The notes under the pieces: generated by a model
Database searches by the model: none
Told to the model about the DNA's origin: nothing
Seen by the model: only the letters and a program-made list of their open reading frames with translations
Shown: piece by piece, positions 1 through 9,030 of the stretch
Numbering within the stretch: the stretch's first letter is position 1
Layout: each line of letters opens with the position of its first letter
Source: an uncultured bacterium
GTDB taxonomy: Bacteria; CG03; SLGR01; JAGXOG01
Direction: 5' to 3'
NCBI GenBank assembly: GCA_964476445.1
Contig: CAYZAK010000002.1
Span: forward strand, 32,743 to 96,742
DNA: 64,000 bases
Program-made: the position numbers and the translations under genes

Positions 1-689
1 TTATCGCCCGGGAACTGGGTTTTGATAAAATAGCTTCCAATTCCATGGACGCGGTTTCCTGCCGGGATTACATTATTGAATTTGCCGGCGCGCTCTCCGT
101 ACTGGGAGTACATTTTTCCAGGATGGCCGAAGATTTTATAATATACTCAAGTTCTGAGTTTTCATATATTGAATTTGACCAGTCCATAGCAGACACATCT
201 TCAATTATGCCCCAGAAGAAAAATCCGGATGTACTGGAGCTTATAAGAGGATCTTCAGCCCGGTTAATTGCTGTTGCCGGGGAAATGGCTGTGCTTATGA
301 AGGGGCTTCCTTTAACCTATAACCGGGATATGCAAAACGACAAAGAGATCATCCGGGCTGCGGTACTGGGAATAGAAATGGCCGGTATTATACCGGTTAT
401 TCTAAATAATATAGAGTTTAACGAAGCCAATATGGCTCGGGAGGCCAGAACAGGTTTTACCGACGCCGCCGATCTTGCCGAGTACCTGGTCTTAAATGGT
501 GTGGAGTTTAGAAAAGCCCACGAAAAAGTGGGTAAACTGGTTAACAATGGAATAGAAAAAGGGTATTCCGGTTTATCGGAATTTACTTTTGAAGAGATGG
601 TTGAGATAGTGCCCGAAGTTAAAAAAGATGTCTTTAATTTCATAGATGTTGAGAATTCTGTGTCCCGGAGGCTTAAAAATGAAAAATAA
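1..689 (+). CDS. argH: argininosuccinate lyase, C-terminal part (5' end outside window)
   Basis: ORF open to the window edge; lyase signature SIMPQKKNPD present; fumarase/aspartase-family C-terminus. Confidence 0.9.
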   Translation, partial: IARELGFDKIASNSMDAVSCRDYIIEFAGALSVLGVHFSRMAEDFIIYSSSEFSYIEFDQSIADTSSIMPQKKNPDVLELIRGSSARLIAVAGEMAVLMKGLPLTYNRDMQNDKEIIRAAVLGIEMAGIIPVILNNIEFNEANMAREARTGFTDAADLAEYLVLNGVEFRKAHEKVGKLVNNGIEKGYSGLSEFTFEEMVEIVPEVKKDVFNFIDVENSVSRRLKNEK

Positions 690-1917
690 TATTAAATACG
701 TAGATAATAGACTGTGTCTGGAAAATATTAACCTTAAAGATCTGGCTCTAGAATACGGAACCCCGCTTTATGTGTACAGTAAAGATACTCTGATTAATAA
801 TATAAGAAACTACCGGAAAGCTTTTAAGGATATAGCCCATCTTGTATGTTATGCTGTAAAGGCGAATTACAACGGCAATATTTTAAGAATTTTGGCCGGT
901 GAAGGTTCGGGAGCCGATGTTGTTTCCGGGGGGGAGCTTTACATGGCCATAAGAGCGGGCATCTCTCCAGAAAAAATAGTTTTTGCCGGAGTGGGAAAGA
1001 CCGAACAGGAAATAAAGACGGCAATAAATAATAATATTGCCATGATAAACGTGGAGAGCGAACAGGAGCTTGAACAGGTAAACAGGGTAGCCATAAAAAC
1101 GGAAAAAAAAGCTCGTATATCACTCAGAATAAATCCAAATATTGATCCTAAAACCCATCCTAAAATAGCAACCGGTTTAGAAGATAGTAAATTCGGAATT
1201 TCCGGCCATGACGCGGTGGAAGTTTACAAAAAAGCCGCCGGTATGGACGGAATAGAAATAAAAGGGGTTCACCTTCATATAGGATCTCAGATCACCGATC
1301 TTTCACCGTTTGAACTGTCGGCCGGTGCGGCGGTAAATTTTGCCGACCAACTGAAAGAAGAGGGAATCGAACTTGAGTATCTGGATATAGGAGGCGGTCT
1401 TGGGATAAGCTATGAAAACCAGGAAATTCCCCGGCCCCGAGATATGTCCGCAACTTTGCAAAAATATTTTAAAGATAGGACTGAAAAACTTATTTTAGAG
1501 CCGGGAAGGTCATTAATTGGCAACGCCGGATTTTTACTTACCCAGATAAACTATGTAAAAAAACGTAAACAGAAAAATTTTGTGGTGGTTGATACCGGGT
1601 TTAACGATTTTTTAAGACCCGCTCTTTACGGAGCCTACCATGAAATCCGCCCGGTGGAAAAAGCGGGAGAATCTTTGACCGCCGATGTTGTTGGTCCGGT
1701 GTGCGAAACAGGTGATTACATAGCTTTAGAAAGAAAGTTAGAGGGTGTAAGACAGGGGAATTTTCTTGCGGTTATGGATGCCGGTGCCTACGGATTTTCC
1801 ATGTCTTCTAATTATAATTCCCGTCCCCGCCCCGCAGAAGTTTTAATTGAGGACGGAGTCCCCCGCCTTATACGGCGCAGAGAGGTGTATAAAGATCTTA
1901 CAGATACCGAATTATGA
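679..1917 (+). CDS. lysA: diaminopimelate decarboxylase
   Basis: PLP-lysine motif YAVKAN, EPGRSLIGNAG, GAYG; ATG at 679 overlaps argH stop by 11 nt. Confidence 0.9.
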   Translation: MKNNIKYVDNRLCLENINLKDLALEYGTPLYVYSKDTLINNIRNYRKAFKDIAHLVCYAVKANYNGNILRILAGEGSGADVVSGGELYMAIRAGISPEKIVFAGVGKTEQEIKTAINNNIAMINVESEQELEQVNRVAIKTEKKARISLRINPNIDPKTHPKIATGLEDSKFGISGHDAVEVYKKAAGMDGIEIKGVHLHIGSQITDLSPFELSAGAAVNFADQLKEEGIELEYLDIGGGLGISYENQEIPRPRDMSATLQKYFKDRTEKLILEPGRSLIGNAGFLLTQINYVKKRKQKNFVVVDTGFNDFLRPALYGAYHEIRPVEKAGESLTADVVGPVCETGDYIALERKLEGVRQGNFLAVMDAGAYGFSMSSNYNSRPRPAEVLIEDGVPRLIRRREVYKDLTDTEL

Positions 1918-2765
1918 ATATTAAATTTACTAAAATAGAAGCTACGGGCAACGATTTTATTGTTGTGGATCGTATCAAATCCACGGAAAATTTACCTAAA
2001 AACTGGGAGCATAAGGTAGAAAAAATATGTACCCGTAAAAGAGGAATCGGTGCCGACGGAGTACTTTTACTGGAAAATTCAGATACCGGGGATTTTAAAA
2101 TGAGAATATTTAACTCTGACGGCGGAGAAGTTGAAATGTGCGGCAACGGGGCCCGGTGCGTGGCCTACTATTACAATAAAAAATATGAACGGAAGAAGGT
2201 AAAATTTAATACCGAGGCCGGTTTGATGAGAGCCCAAAAAGGAAAAGGCAATACGGTGAGATTATCTTTGCCCGACCCGGGAGATATCCGGCTGGATATG
2301 CTCTTAAATATAGAGGGTCGGGAGATGAGCGGGTCGCATATAAATACCGGCGTACCCCATGTCATTGTAGAGACGGATAAATTGGACGGGCTTGAAGTTG
2401 AAAAACTGGGGCGGGGGATAAGATACAATAAAAAGTTCGCGCCGGATGGTACCAATGCCGATTTTGTCACTAAGATTGACGAAAAAACGCTTAAGATAAG
2501 AACTTATGAACGGGGCGTAGAGGAAGAAACCTTGGCCTGCGGAACTGGAGTTATAGCCGTCGCTGTTATTGAAAGTTTAAAAGGACGGGTGACTTCGCCG
2601 GTTACGGTTATAACCCGGGGCGGCGAAACCATGAAAGTTTATTTTAAGAAGAGCAAGGGAGAGGATTTGATTTCCAGGATATACGATGTAAAGCTTGAAG
2701 GACCGGTAAATATAGTTTATACCGGGACCTTTGATACGGATAATTTGAGTAGTACAGGGGGTTGA
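1914..2765 (+). CDS. dapF: diaminopimelate epimerase
   Basis: Two catalytic Cys motifs (CGNGARC and LACGTGVIA); ATGA overlap with lysA stop. Confidence 0.9.
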   Translation: MNIKFTKIEATGNDFIVVDRIKSTENLPKNWEHKVEKICTRKRGIGADGVLLLENSDTGDFKMRIFNSDGGEVEMCGNGARCVAYYYNKKYERKKVKFNTEAGLMRAQKGKGNTVRLSLPDPGDIRLDMLLNIEGREMSGSHINTGVPHVIVETDKLDGLEVEKLGRGIRYNKKFAPDGTNADFVTKIDEKTLKIRTYERGVEEETLACGTGVIAVAVIESLKGRVTSPVTVITRGGETMKVYFKKSKGEDLISRIYDVKLEGPVNIVYTGTFDTDNLSSTGG

Positions 2766-2784
2766 TTTAAAAAAGGAGGAAGAT

Positions 2785-3660
2785 ATGTTTAAAGGATCTT
2801 GCGTGGCCCTGGTAACCCCTATGGACAGGGGAGATGTAGATTATACCAGGATGAAAGAGCTTATAGAATGGCATATAGACGAGGGGACCGACTGTATAGT
2901 TCCCTGCGGCTGTACAGGAGAGGCGGCAACGCTCTCGCCAGCCGAACATAAGAAAGTTATAAAGACCGTGGTGAAACAGGTTGACGGCCGTATTCAGGTA
3001 ATGGCCGGCACCGGATCTAATTCCACCCGGGAAACAGTAAAATTGACTAGGTACGCCAAAAAAGTTGGAGTGGACGGAGTTTTGCTTATTACCCCGTACT
3101 ATAATAAACCCACTCAGGAAGGTTTGTACCGACACTACAGTAGAATAGCGGAAGAGGTGAATATTCCCATTTGTCTTTACAATGTTCCCTCCCGTACGGG
3201 ACGGAATATGGAGGCTGAAACGGTTAAACGGTTATCAGGTATTGAAAACATAGTTGCCATAAAAGAAGCTTCCGGAGACATACAGCAGTGTGAGAATATT
3301 AAAAATTTATGCGGAGATGACATAATTCTTTTATCCGGAGACGACGCCCTTACCTATCCCATGATGTCTATAGGCGGTGAAGGAGTGGTATCCGTACTTG
3401 CCAACATAGCGCCGAATGCGGTACATAAGATAACTGATAAATATCTTAAAGGAGACCCCCAAGAGGCTCTTAAAATACATTATAAATGGTTGCCCATGAT
3501 GGAGGCCCTTTTCATAGAGACCAATCCCGGACCGGTAAAAGAAGCACTCGGAATGATGGAAAAAATTAAACCCGAGCTCCGGCTGCCACTGGTTAACTTA
3601 AAAGAAGAAAACAGACACAAATTGAAAGAAGTCATGGTAAAGACCGGACTGGAGGTGTAA
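2785..3660 (+). CDS. dapA: 4-hydroxy-tetrahydrodipicolinate synthase
   Basis: CGCTGEAATLS motif, Schiff-base Lys region AIKEASGD; RBS AAGGAGGA upstream. Confidence 0.9.
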   Translation: MFKGSCVALVTPMDRGDVDYTRMKELIEWHIDEGTDCIVPCGCTGEAATLSPAEHKKVIKTVVKQVDGRIQVMAGTGSNSTRETVKLTRYAKKVGVDGVLLITPYYNKPTQEGLYRHYSRIAEEVNIPICLYNVPSRTGRNMEAETVKRLSGIENIVAIKEASGDIQQCENIKNLCGDDIILLSGDDALTYPMMSIGGEGVVSVLANIAPNAVHKITDKYLKGDPQEALKIHYKWLPMMEALFIETNPGPVKEALGMMEKIKPELRLPLVNLKEENRHKLKEVMVKTGLEV

Positions 3661-3664
3661 TTAT

Positions 3665-4429
3665 ATGTTGAGAGTAGGAGTTTCAGGGGGGAGAGGACGA
3701 ATGGGTAAAAAGATTACCGGACTGGTTGTGGATAATCCGGATTTAAAATTAACCGGTATTCTGGAGAGCCCGGCCCACCAGGATTCGGGGAAATCCGTAT
3801 CCGGAGTAAAAGTCAGTTCAGATATAAAATCTGCGGTGAAAAAGGCGGATGTAATAATAGATTTTTCATCTCCTGAAAACACCCTTGAACTGGCCGGCAT
3901 CTGCGCCGGTAAGGGGGTGAGTCTGGTTATAGGCACCACCGGGTTTACCGGCAGTCAGAAAAAAGAGCTTAAAAAATATTCCGGTGAGGTTCCCGTTCTT
4001 TTATCTCCCAATATGAGCGTGGGAGTAAATCTTATTTTTAAAATAGCCAGAGAAATATCCCGGAGTATACCGGATTATGAAAAAGAGATAGTTGAAGCCC
4101 ACCATAACAAAAAAGCGGATTCACCTTCGGGCACCGCCCAGAAAATTGCCGATATTATATCCGGCAAAGAGGATAAACAGATTTACGGCCGAAAAGGGAA
4201 TGTGGGAGCCAGAGATAAAAACGAAGTGGGGATACACGCAGTCAGAGGTGGCAATATAGTCGGGGAGCATACTGTTATGTGGGTAGGTCCCCACGACAGG
4301 ATAGAGTTAACTCACCGTGCCGCTTCCCGGAGCGTTTTTGCCGGCGGCGCGGTAAGGGCCGCCCGGTGGATTTCTAAAATAGATAAACCCGGATTGTATT
4401 CTATGGCTGATGTTTTAGAAGAGGAATAA
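3665..4429 (+). CDS. dapB: 4-hydroxy-tetrahydrodipicolinate reductase
   Basis: EAHHNKKADSPSGTA signature; N-terminal Rossmann GxxGxMG; RBS GGAGGT. Confidence 0.9.
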   Translation: MLRVGVSGGRGRMGKKITGLVVDNPDLKLTGILESPAHQDSGKSVSGVKVSSDIKSAVKKADVIIDFSSPENTLELAGICAGKGVSLVIGTTGFTGSQKKELKKYSGEVPVLLSPNMSVGVNLIFKIAREISRSIPDYEKEIVEAHHNKKADSPSGTAQKIADIISGKEDKQIYGRKGNVGARDKNEVGIHAVRGGNIVGEHTVMWVGPHDRIELTHRAASRSVFAGGAVRAARWISKIDKPGLYSMADVLEEE

Positions 4430-4439
4430 CTATTAAAAA

Positions 4440-5210
4440 ATGTCTGTCAAATTAGGGCGGTTTAAGGACCAGGCCGGTTCCATAAACTGGGGGATAGTCT
4501 CTGAGGATAAAGTGGAAATAATTACCCCTTCGCCGTTTAACGGATATCGTTCTACCGGGGAGAAAATATCTTTACAGGAAGTTGAACTTATACCTCCGGT
4601 TAATCCGGGTAAGATAATATGCGTAGGGTTAAACTATCGGGATCACGCCCGGGAAATTGAGATGGATATTCCCCGGACCCCTCTGATTTTTTTAAAAGCC
4701 CCTTCTTCTGTTACCGGTCCGGACACTGAAATTATAAAACCGAATGAATGCGTTCAGATGGATTTTGAGGGCGAACTAGCCGCAATAGTAGGGAAACCGG
4801 TAAAAAAAATAAGCTCCCGGGAAGCATCTGACTGTTTGCTGGGTTACACCTGTTTTAACGATGTGACGGCCAGGGATATTCAAAGAAAGGAAAGCCAGTG
4901 GAGCAGGGCAAAAAGTTACGATACCTTTTCACCTTTGGGTCCGTTTATAGTTTCGGATATAGATCCGGGAAGTTTGGGTGTCAGGTTGTTTTTAAACGGA
5001 CATATTAAACAGAATTCAAACACCCGGAATATGATATTCTCGGTGGATGAAATTGTAAGTTTTATATCTAAAATCATGACTTTGTATCCCGGGGACGTTA
5101 TAGCTACGGGAACACCTCCGGGGGTAGGTCCAATGGAACCCGGAGACAGGGTTAAAATAGAGATCGAGAAAATCGGAAATTTAGAGAATACTGTAAGAAA
5201 GGAAAAATAA
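4440..5210 (+). CDS. fumarylacetoacetate hydrolase (FAH) family protein (hydratase/decarboxylase-type)
   Basis: 256 aa, FAH-fold C-terminal domain pattern (GDVIATGTPPGVG, metal-binding E/D residues); embedded in the dap operon. Confidence 0.7.
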   Translation: MSVKLGRFKDQAGSINWGIVSEDKVEIITPSPFNGYRSTGEKISLQEVELIPPVNPGKIICVGLNYRDHAREIEMDIPRTPLIFLKAPSSVTGPDTEIIKPNECVQMDFEGELAAIVGKPVKKISSREASDCLLGYTCFNDVTARDIQRKESQWSRAKSYDTFSPLGPFIVSDIDPGSLGVRLFLNGHIKQNSNTRNMIFSVDEIVSFISKIMTLYPGDVIATGTPPGVGPMEPGDRVKIEIEKIGNLENTVRKEK

Positions 5211-5211
5211 A

Positions 5212-6372
5212 ATGCATAAATTTTCAGAAAGATTGAGAAAATTACCTCCATATCTTTTCATGGAAGTGGATAAGATGAAGCAGAATGCAATTGATGACGG
5301 AGTGGATATAATTAATTTTGGTGTGGGAGATCCCGATATTCCCACCCCCGAAGTTATAAGGGAGAGTATGAAACAGGCGGTTGATAATCCGGAGAATCAT
5401 CAGTATCCGCTGGGAAAAGGAAAGAAGAGTTTCAGAAACACAGTAAGTAAATTTATGAAAAAGCGCTATGATCTGGAGATCGATCCGGTTACCCAGATTC
5501 AGCCTTTAATAGGAACCAAAGAGGGAATAGCCCATTTTCCCCTGGCTTTTGTAAATCCCGGGGATGTGACTCTGGTAACCGAGCCGTCCTATCCGGTATA
5601 TAATTCAGGTACCATATTTTCCGGTGGCGAGCCTCATTTTGTATCCCTTACCCGGGAAAATAATTTTTTACCTGACTGGAACAGTGTTCCGGAGAAAATA
5701 TTAAAGCTGGCCCGGATTATGTACATAAATTATCCCAACAATCCAACCGGAGCGGTAGCCGATAAAGAGTTTTTTAAAAAGACGGTGGCTCTGGCTAAAG
5801 AATATAATATAATTATACTGCACGATGCCGCCTATAATGAGATGTATTACAAACAGCCGGTACCCAGTATTTTAGAGGTTGAAGGATCTGGGGAAGTGGC
5901 CATTGAGTTTCATTCCCTGTCTAAAACTTTTTCCATGACCGGCTGGCGGATAGGATGGGCCTGCGGCAATTCTCACCTCGTAGAAGGACTGGCGGCCATA
6001 AAGGGTAATATTGATTCCGGAGTTTTCGGAGCTATCCAGGACGCCGGAATTACCGCCTTAAAAAATTACGATGAGTTGATCCATAAGACCAGGGATATTT
6101 ATGAAAAGAGAGCGAAAATTTTGGCCCGGGGTCTTAAACAAAACGGTTGGCAGGTAAACGAACCGGAAGCCACTTTTTACCTGTGGACCAAACCGCCGGT
6201 TAAAATGGAATCCGGAGCTGCGGTTAAAAAACTTATCCAGGACGCCGGAATTGTCTGCACTCCGGGTTCCGGTTTCGGAGAATCGGGAAAAGGTTATGTC
6301 CGGTTTGCCCTTACCAGGAACAAAGAACGGATAGACCAGGCTCTGGACCGGATAAGTAATATGAACTGGTAG
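5212..6372 (+). CDS. dapL: class I PLP aminotransferase, probable LL-diaminopimelate aminotransferase (direct DAP route)
   Basis: 386 aa; N-terminal LPPYLF motif, PLP Lys in SLSKTFSMTGWRIGW; dap operon context with no dapD/dapE nearby. Confidence 0.6.
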   Translation: MHKFSERLRKLPPYLFMEVDKMKQNAIDDGVDIINFGVGDPDIPTPEVIRESMKQAVDNPENHQYPLGKGKKSFRNTVSKFMKKRYDLEIDPVTQIQPLIGTKEGIAHFPLAFVNPGDVTLVTEPSYPVYNSGTIFSGGEPHFVSLTRENNFLPDWNSVPEKILKLARIMYINYPNNPTGAVADKEFFKKTVALAKEYNIIILHDAAYNEMYYKQPVPSILEVEGSGEVAIEFHSLSKTFSMTGWRIGWACGNSHLVEGLAAIKGNIDSGVFGAIQDAGITALKNYDELIHKTRDIYEKRAKILARGLKQNGWQVNEPEATFYLWTKPPVKMESGAAVKKLIQDAGIVCTPGSGFGESGKGYVRFALTRNKERIDQALDRISNMNW

Positions 6373-6432
6373 TATTTGACTTTTACCGGTCCTAATTACT
6401 ATCATAAACTATAAAGAATAAGGAGGTAAATT

Positions 6433-6924
6433 ATGGATACGGTAGTACTTTCCCTGGGCTCCAATAAAGGCGACCGGGAAGACAATATTAAGAGGGCTGT
6501 TGAATTACTTGGCGAAAAATTCAGCAAAAAATTCAAGACAAGTCCGGTATATGAAACTCCGCCACTTTACTATGAAGGCGGTGGTAAATTTTATAATTGC
6601 TGTATAACTTTTGAAACCGGTCTCAGTCCCAGAAAAATTTTAAACCGGACCAGGGCAGTAGAAAACGAGATGGGACGCCGTAGAAATGAACCCAACGCCC
6701 CCCGGATAATAGATGTGGACATAGTTTTTATCGATGATAAAGTTATAGCCGACGAGGATTTGATTATTCCCCATCAGGATATGCACAACAGGCTGTTTGT
6801 ACTTCAGCCCCTGGCCGATATAATGCCCGATTTGGAACATCCGGTCATGAATTTAACGGTAAGCGTTCTTTTAGAGGACTGTGAAGATTCGAGCATCATT
6901 AAAAAGATAAAAAAATTCTGGTAA
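6433..6924 (+). CDS. folK: 2-amino-4-hydroxy-6-hydroxymethyldihydropteridine pyrophosphokinase (HPPK)
   Basis: VLSLGSNKGDR, ETPPLY, IIDVDIVFID, PHQDMHNRLFVLQPL motifs; RBS AAGGAGGT. Confidence 0.85.
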   Translation: MDTVVLSLGSNKGDREDNIKRAVELLGEKFSKKFKTSPVYETPPLYYEGGGKFYNCCITFETGLSPRKILNRTRAVENEMGRRRNEPNAPRIIDVDIVFIDDKVIADEDLIIPHQDMHNRLFVLQPLADIMPDLEHPVMNLTVSVLLEDCEDSSIIKKIKKFW

Positions 6925-6930
6925 AAAAGC

Positions 6931-7308
6931 ATGGAGATATTAGCCCGGTTTATTGCAGTTATTATGGGAATAGAAGGAGCGGTTCTTGTTTTTTTTCCCT
7001 TTTTGGGTTTAAAGGCGGCCCGTAAATTCGGTGATCTTAAAAAACTCCGCCGCCGTTTAATAGGAATAATATATGTAGCGGTAGGGGTGTTCTTTTTCGG
7101 TCTTACCAACCGGACATTAACCGGCCCTGTGGTTCACTGGGTAGTTGCCATTTTTGGGTTGTATCTGGTAGTTTGGGGCACGCCGGCAGTGGTTATCCCC
7201 GGTTTATTCTCTAATTTTCTCAACTGGTTATTTAAAGAAAAGAGAGTAACCTCCGTTATAGGTTTTATTTTTTTTATATTAGGAGTCGCTCTTTATCTGA
7301 ATGTGTGA
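6931..7308 (+). CDS. hypothetical small integral membrane protein (about 4 TM helices)
   Basis: 125 aa, four hydrophobic segments; no recognisable family. Confidence 0.45.
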   Translation: MEILARFIAVIMGIEGAVLVFFPFLGLKAARKFGDLKKLRRRLIGIIYVAVGVFFFGLTNRTLTGPVVHWVVAIFGLYLVVWGTPAVVIPGLFSNFLNWLFKEKRVTSVIGFIFFILGVALYLNV

Positions 7309-7318
7309 AGGATTATTT

Positions 7319-7600
7319 ATGAAAAAAAAAGATGTGGAAAAATTAGCAAAACTTTCAAGATTAAAATTCAGCGACAGGGAAAAAAATAAAATTCCCGGAC
7401 AGATCCTGGATATAATTGATTATGTGGATCAGCTTTCCGAGCTGGATACCGGGGATACTGCTCCCATGGGTCAGCCCTTTTTGGATAAATTAAAATTAGC
7501 TTCCGATAAAGTTGAAGAATTTGATGACAAAGATAAGATACAAAAGAACGGACCGGATTTTAAAGACGGTTTTTTCAGGGTCAAGAAAATCATAGAATGA
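7319..7600 (+). CDS. gatC: Asp-tRNA(Asn)/Glu-tRNA(Gln) amidotransferase subunit C
   Basis: about 94 aa, GatC-like; ATG at 7319 preceded by GAAGGA; stop overlaps gatA start (ATGA). Confidence 0.8.
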   Translation: MKKKDVEKLAKLSRLKFSDREKNKIPGQILDIIDYVDQLSELDTGDTAPMGQPFLDKLKLASDKVEEFDDKDKIQKNGPDFKDGFFRVKKIIE

Positions 7601-9030
7601 GCGAATTTGAATACATTTACAGTATAAAAGAGAAAATTCTTTCCGGTGAAACAACCTGTCTGGAAGTATTGAATAAAAAAACGGACCGGATAAATAGGGA
7701 GCAAAAAAGACTTAACAGTTTTATAACCCTTGATTTAAACCGGGCCCGCAACCGGGCAAAAGAACTTGATGAAAGAATTGCCGCAGGCGAGGATCCGGGT
7801 CCCCTGACCGGAGTGCCGGTGGCCGTAAAAGACAATATGCTTTTTAAAGGTACCCGGACCACCTGCGCCTCAAAAATGCTTAAAAATTACCATTCCCCGT
7901 ACACAGCGACCGCGGTAAAAAAGCTGGTGGAAGCCGGCGCGGTAATATTGGGTAAAACCAATATGGATGAATTTGCCATGGGATCCTCCGGTGAAACCTC
8001 CTTTTTCGGACCCACTTTAAATCCGGCAGATACCCAGAGAATACCCGGGGGATCTTCCAGCGGCTCGTCGGCCGGAGTGGCCGGAGGACAGTTGGTAGCC
8101 GCCCTTGGATCGGATACCGGAGGGTCAATAAGACAGCCCGCGGCAATGTGCGGCGCGGTGGGATTAAAACCCACCTACGGTCTGGTCTCCAGGTACGGAC
8201 TGGTGGCTTTTTCTTCCTCTCTGGACCAGATAGGCCCGGTGACCTCCTCAGTCACCGATGCTGGAATTGTCCTCAATGCCATTGCAGGCTACGATAAGCG
8301 AGATTCCACCAGCCTGGAAAGGGATATACCGGATTACACTAAAAATATTGATGACGGAGTAAAAGATTTCAGTATAGGAATACCCAAAGAATATATGGGG
8401 GAGGGGCTGGATCCGCTAATAAGAAAAAGAGTTGAACATACCGCCCGGAAATTAAAGGATAGGGGGGCGACAATAAAAAGAGTCTCGTTACCCCTTACTG
8501 AATACGGGGTGGCCATTTACTACATAATCGGTCCCTCCGAGGCTTCGGCCAATTTAGCCCGTTTTGACGGTGTAAAGTACGGGTACCGGGGCTCTAAGAG
8601 TGATAGGTTGATTTCTGAATACATAAATACCAGGAGCGAAGGATTCGGTTCGGAAGTAAAGCGGAGAATAATGCTGGGTACTTACGCGTTATCCTCGGGG
8701 TATTATGAAGACTATTATCTAAAAGCCCAGAAGGTAAGGACCCTTATAAAAGAAGATTTCAAACGAGTGTTTGAGGGGGTTGATTTTCTGCTGGCTCCTA
8801 CCACTCCGTCCACCGCTTTTAAACTTAAAGAAAAGGAAGACGATCCCCTGCAGATGTATTTATCGGATGTATATACCATATCCTGCAATCTGGCGGGTAT
8901 TCCGGGTATCAGTGTGCCATCGGGTCTGGATGATAAGGGACTTCCGGTTGGAGTTCAGCTAATGGGCCCGCCGTTTTCGGAGAAAAATATGCTTAGAACG
9001 GCCCGGCAGATGGAGAAGTTTTATGAATAA
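7597..9030 (+). CDS. gatA: Asp-tRNA(Asn)/Glu-tRNA(Gln) amidotransferase subunit A
   Basis: Amidase signature GGSSSGSSAGVAGG, Ser-cisSer-Lys triad context. Confidence 0.9.
   Translation: MSEFEYIYSIKEKILSGETTCLEVLNKKTDRINREQKRLNSFITLDLNRARNRAKELDERIAAGEDPGPLTGVPVAVKDNMLFKGTRTTCASKMLKNYHSPYTATAVKKLVEAGAVILGKTNMDEFAMGSSGETSFFGPTLNPADTQRIPGGSSSGSSAGVAGGQLVAALGSDTGGSIRQPAAMCGAVGLKPTYGLVSRYGLVAFSSSLDQIGPVTSSVTDAGIVLNAIAGYDKRDSTSLERDIPDYTKNIDDGVKDFSIGIPKEYMGEGLDPLIRKRVEHTARKLKDRGATIKRVSLPLTEYGVAIYYIIGPSEASANLARFDGVKYGYRGSKSDRLISEYINTRSEGFGSEVKRRIMLGTYALSSGYYEDYYLKAQKVRTLIKEDFKRVFEGVDFLLAPTTPSTAFKLKEKEDDPLQMYLSDVYTISCNLAGIPGISVPSGLDDKGLPVGVQLMGPPFSEKNMLRTARQMEKFYE

Noticed and set aside
317-643. Antisense ORFs of 60-130 aa inside well-supported genes (e.g. 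317-643, 824-1123, 2171-2470, 7887-8174, 10045-10422, 29030-29368, 58039-58278 and many others in the ORF track)
   Set aside because: All lie opposite genes with strong family signatures. They have low-complexity, Ser/Pro/Leu-rich translations typical of shadow ORFs, and no RBS or independent support.
7301-7318. Upstream ATG at 7301 for gatC (MCEGLF...)
   Set aside because: It overlaps the preceding gene's stop and lacks an RBS. The ATG at 7319 has GAAGGA at the correct spacing and gives a canonical GatC N-terminus.
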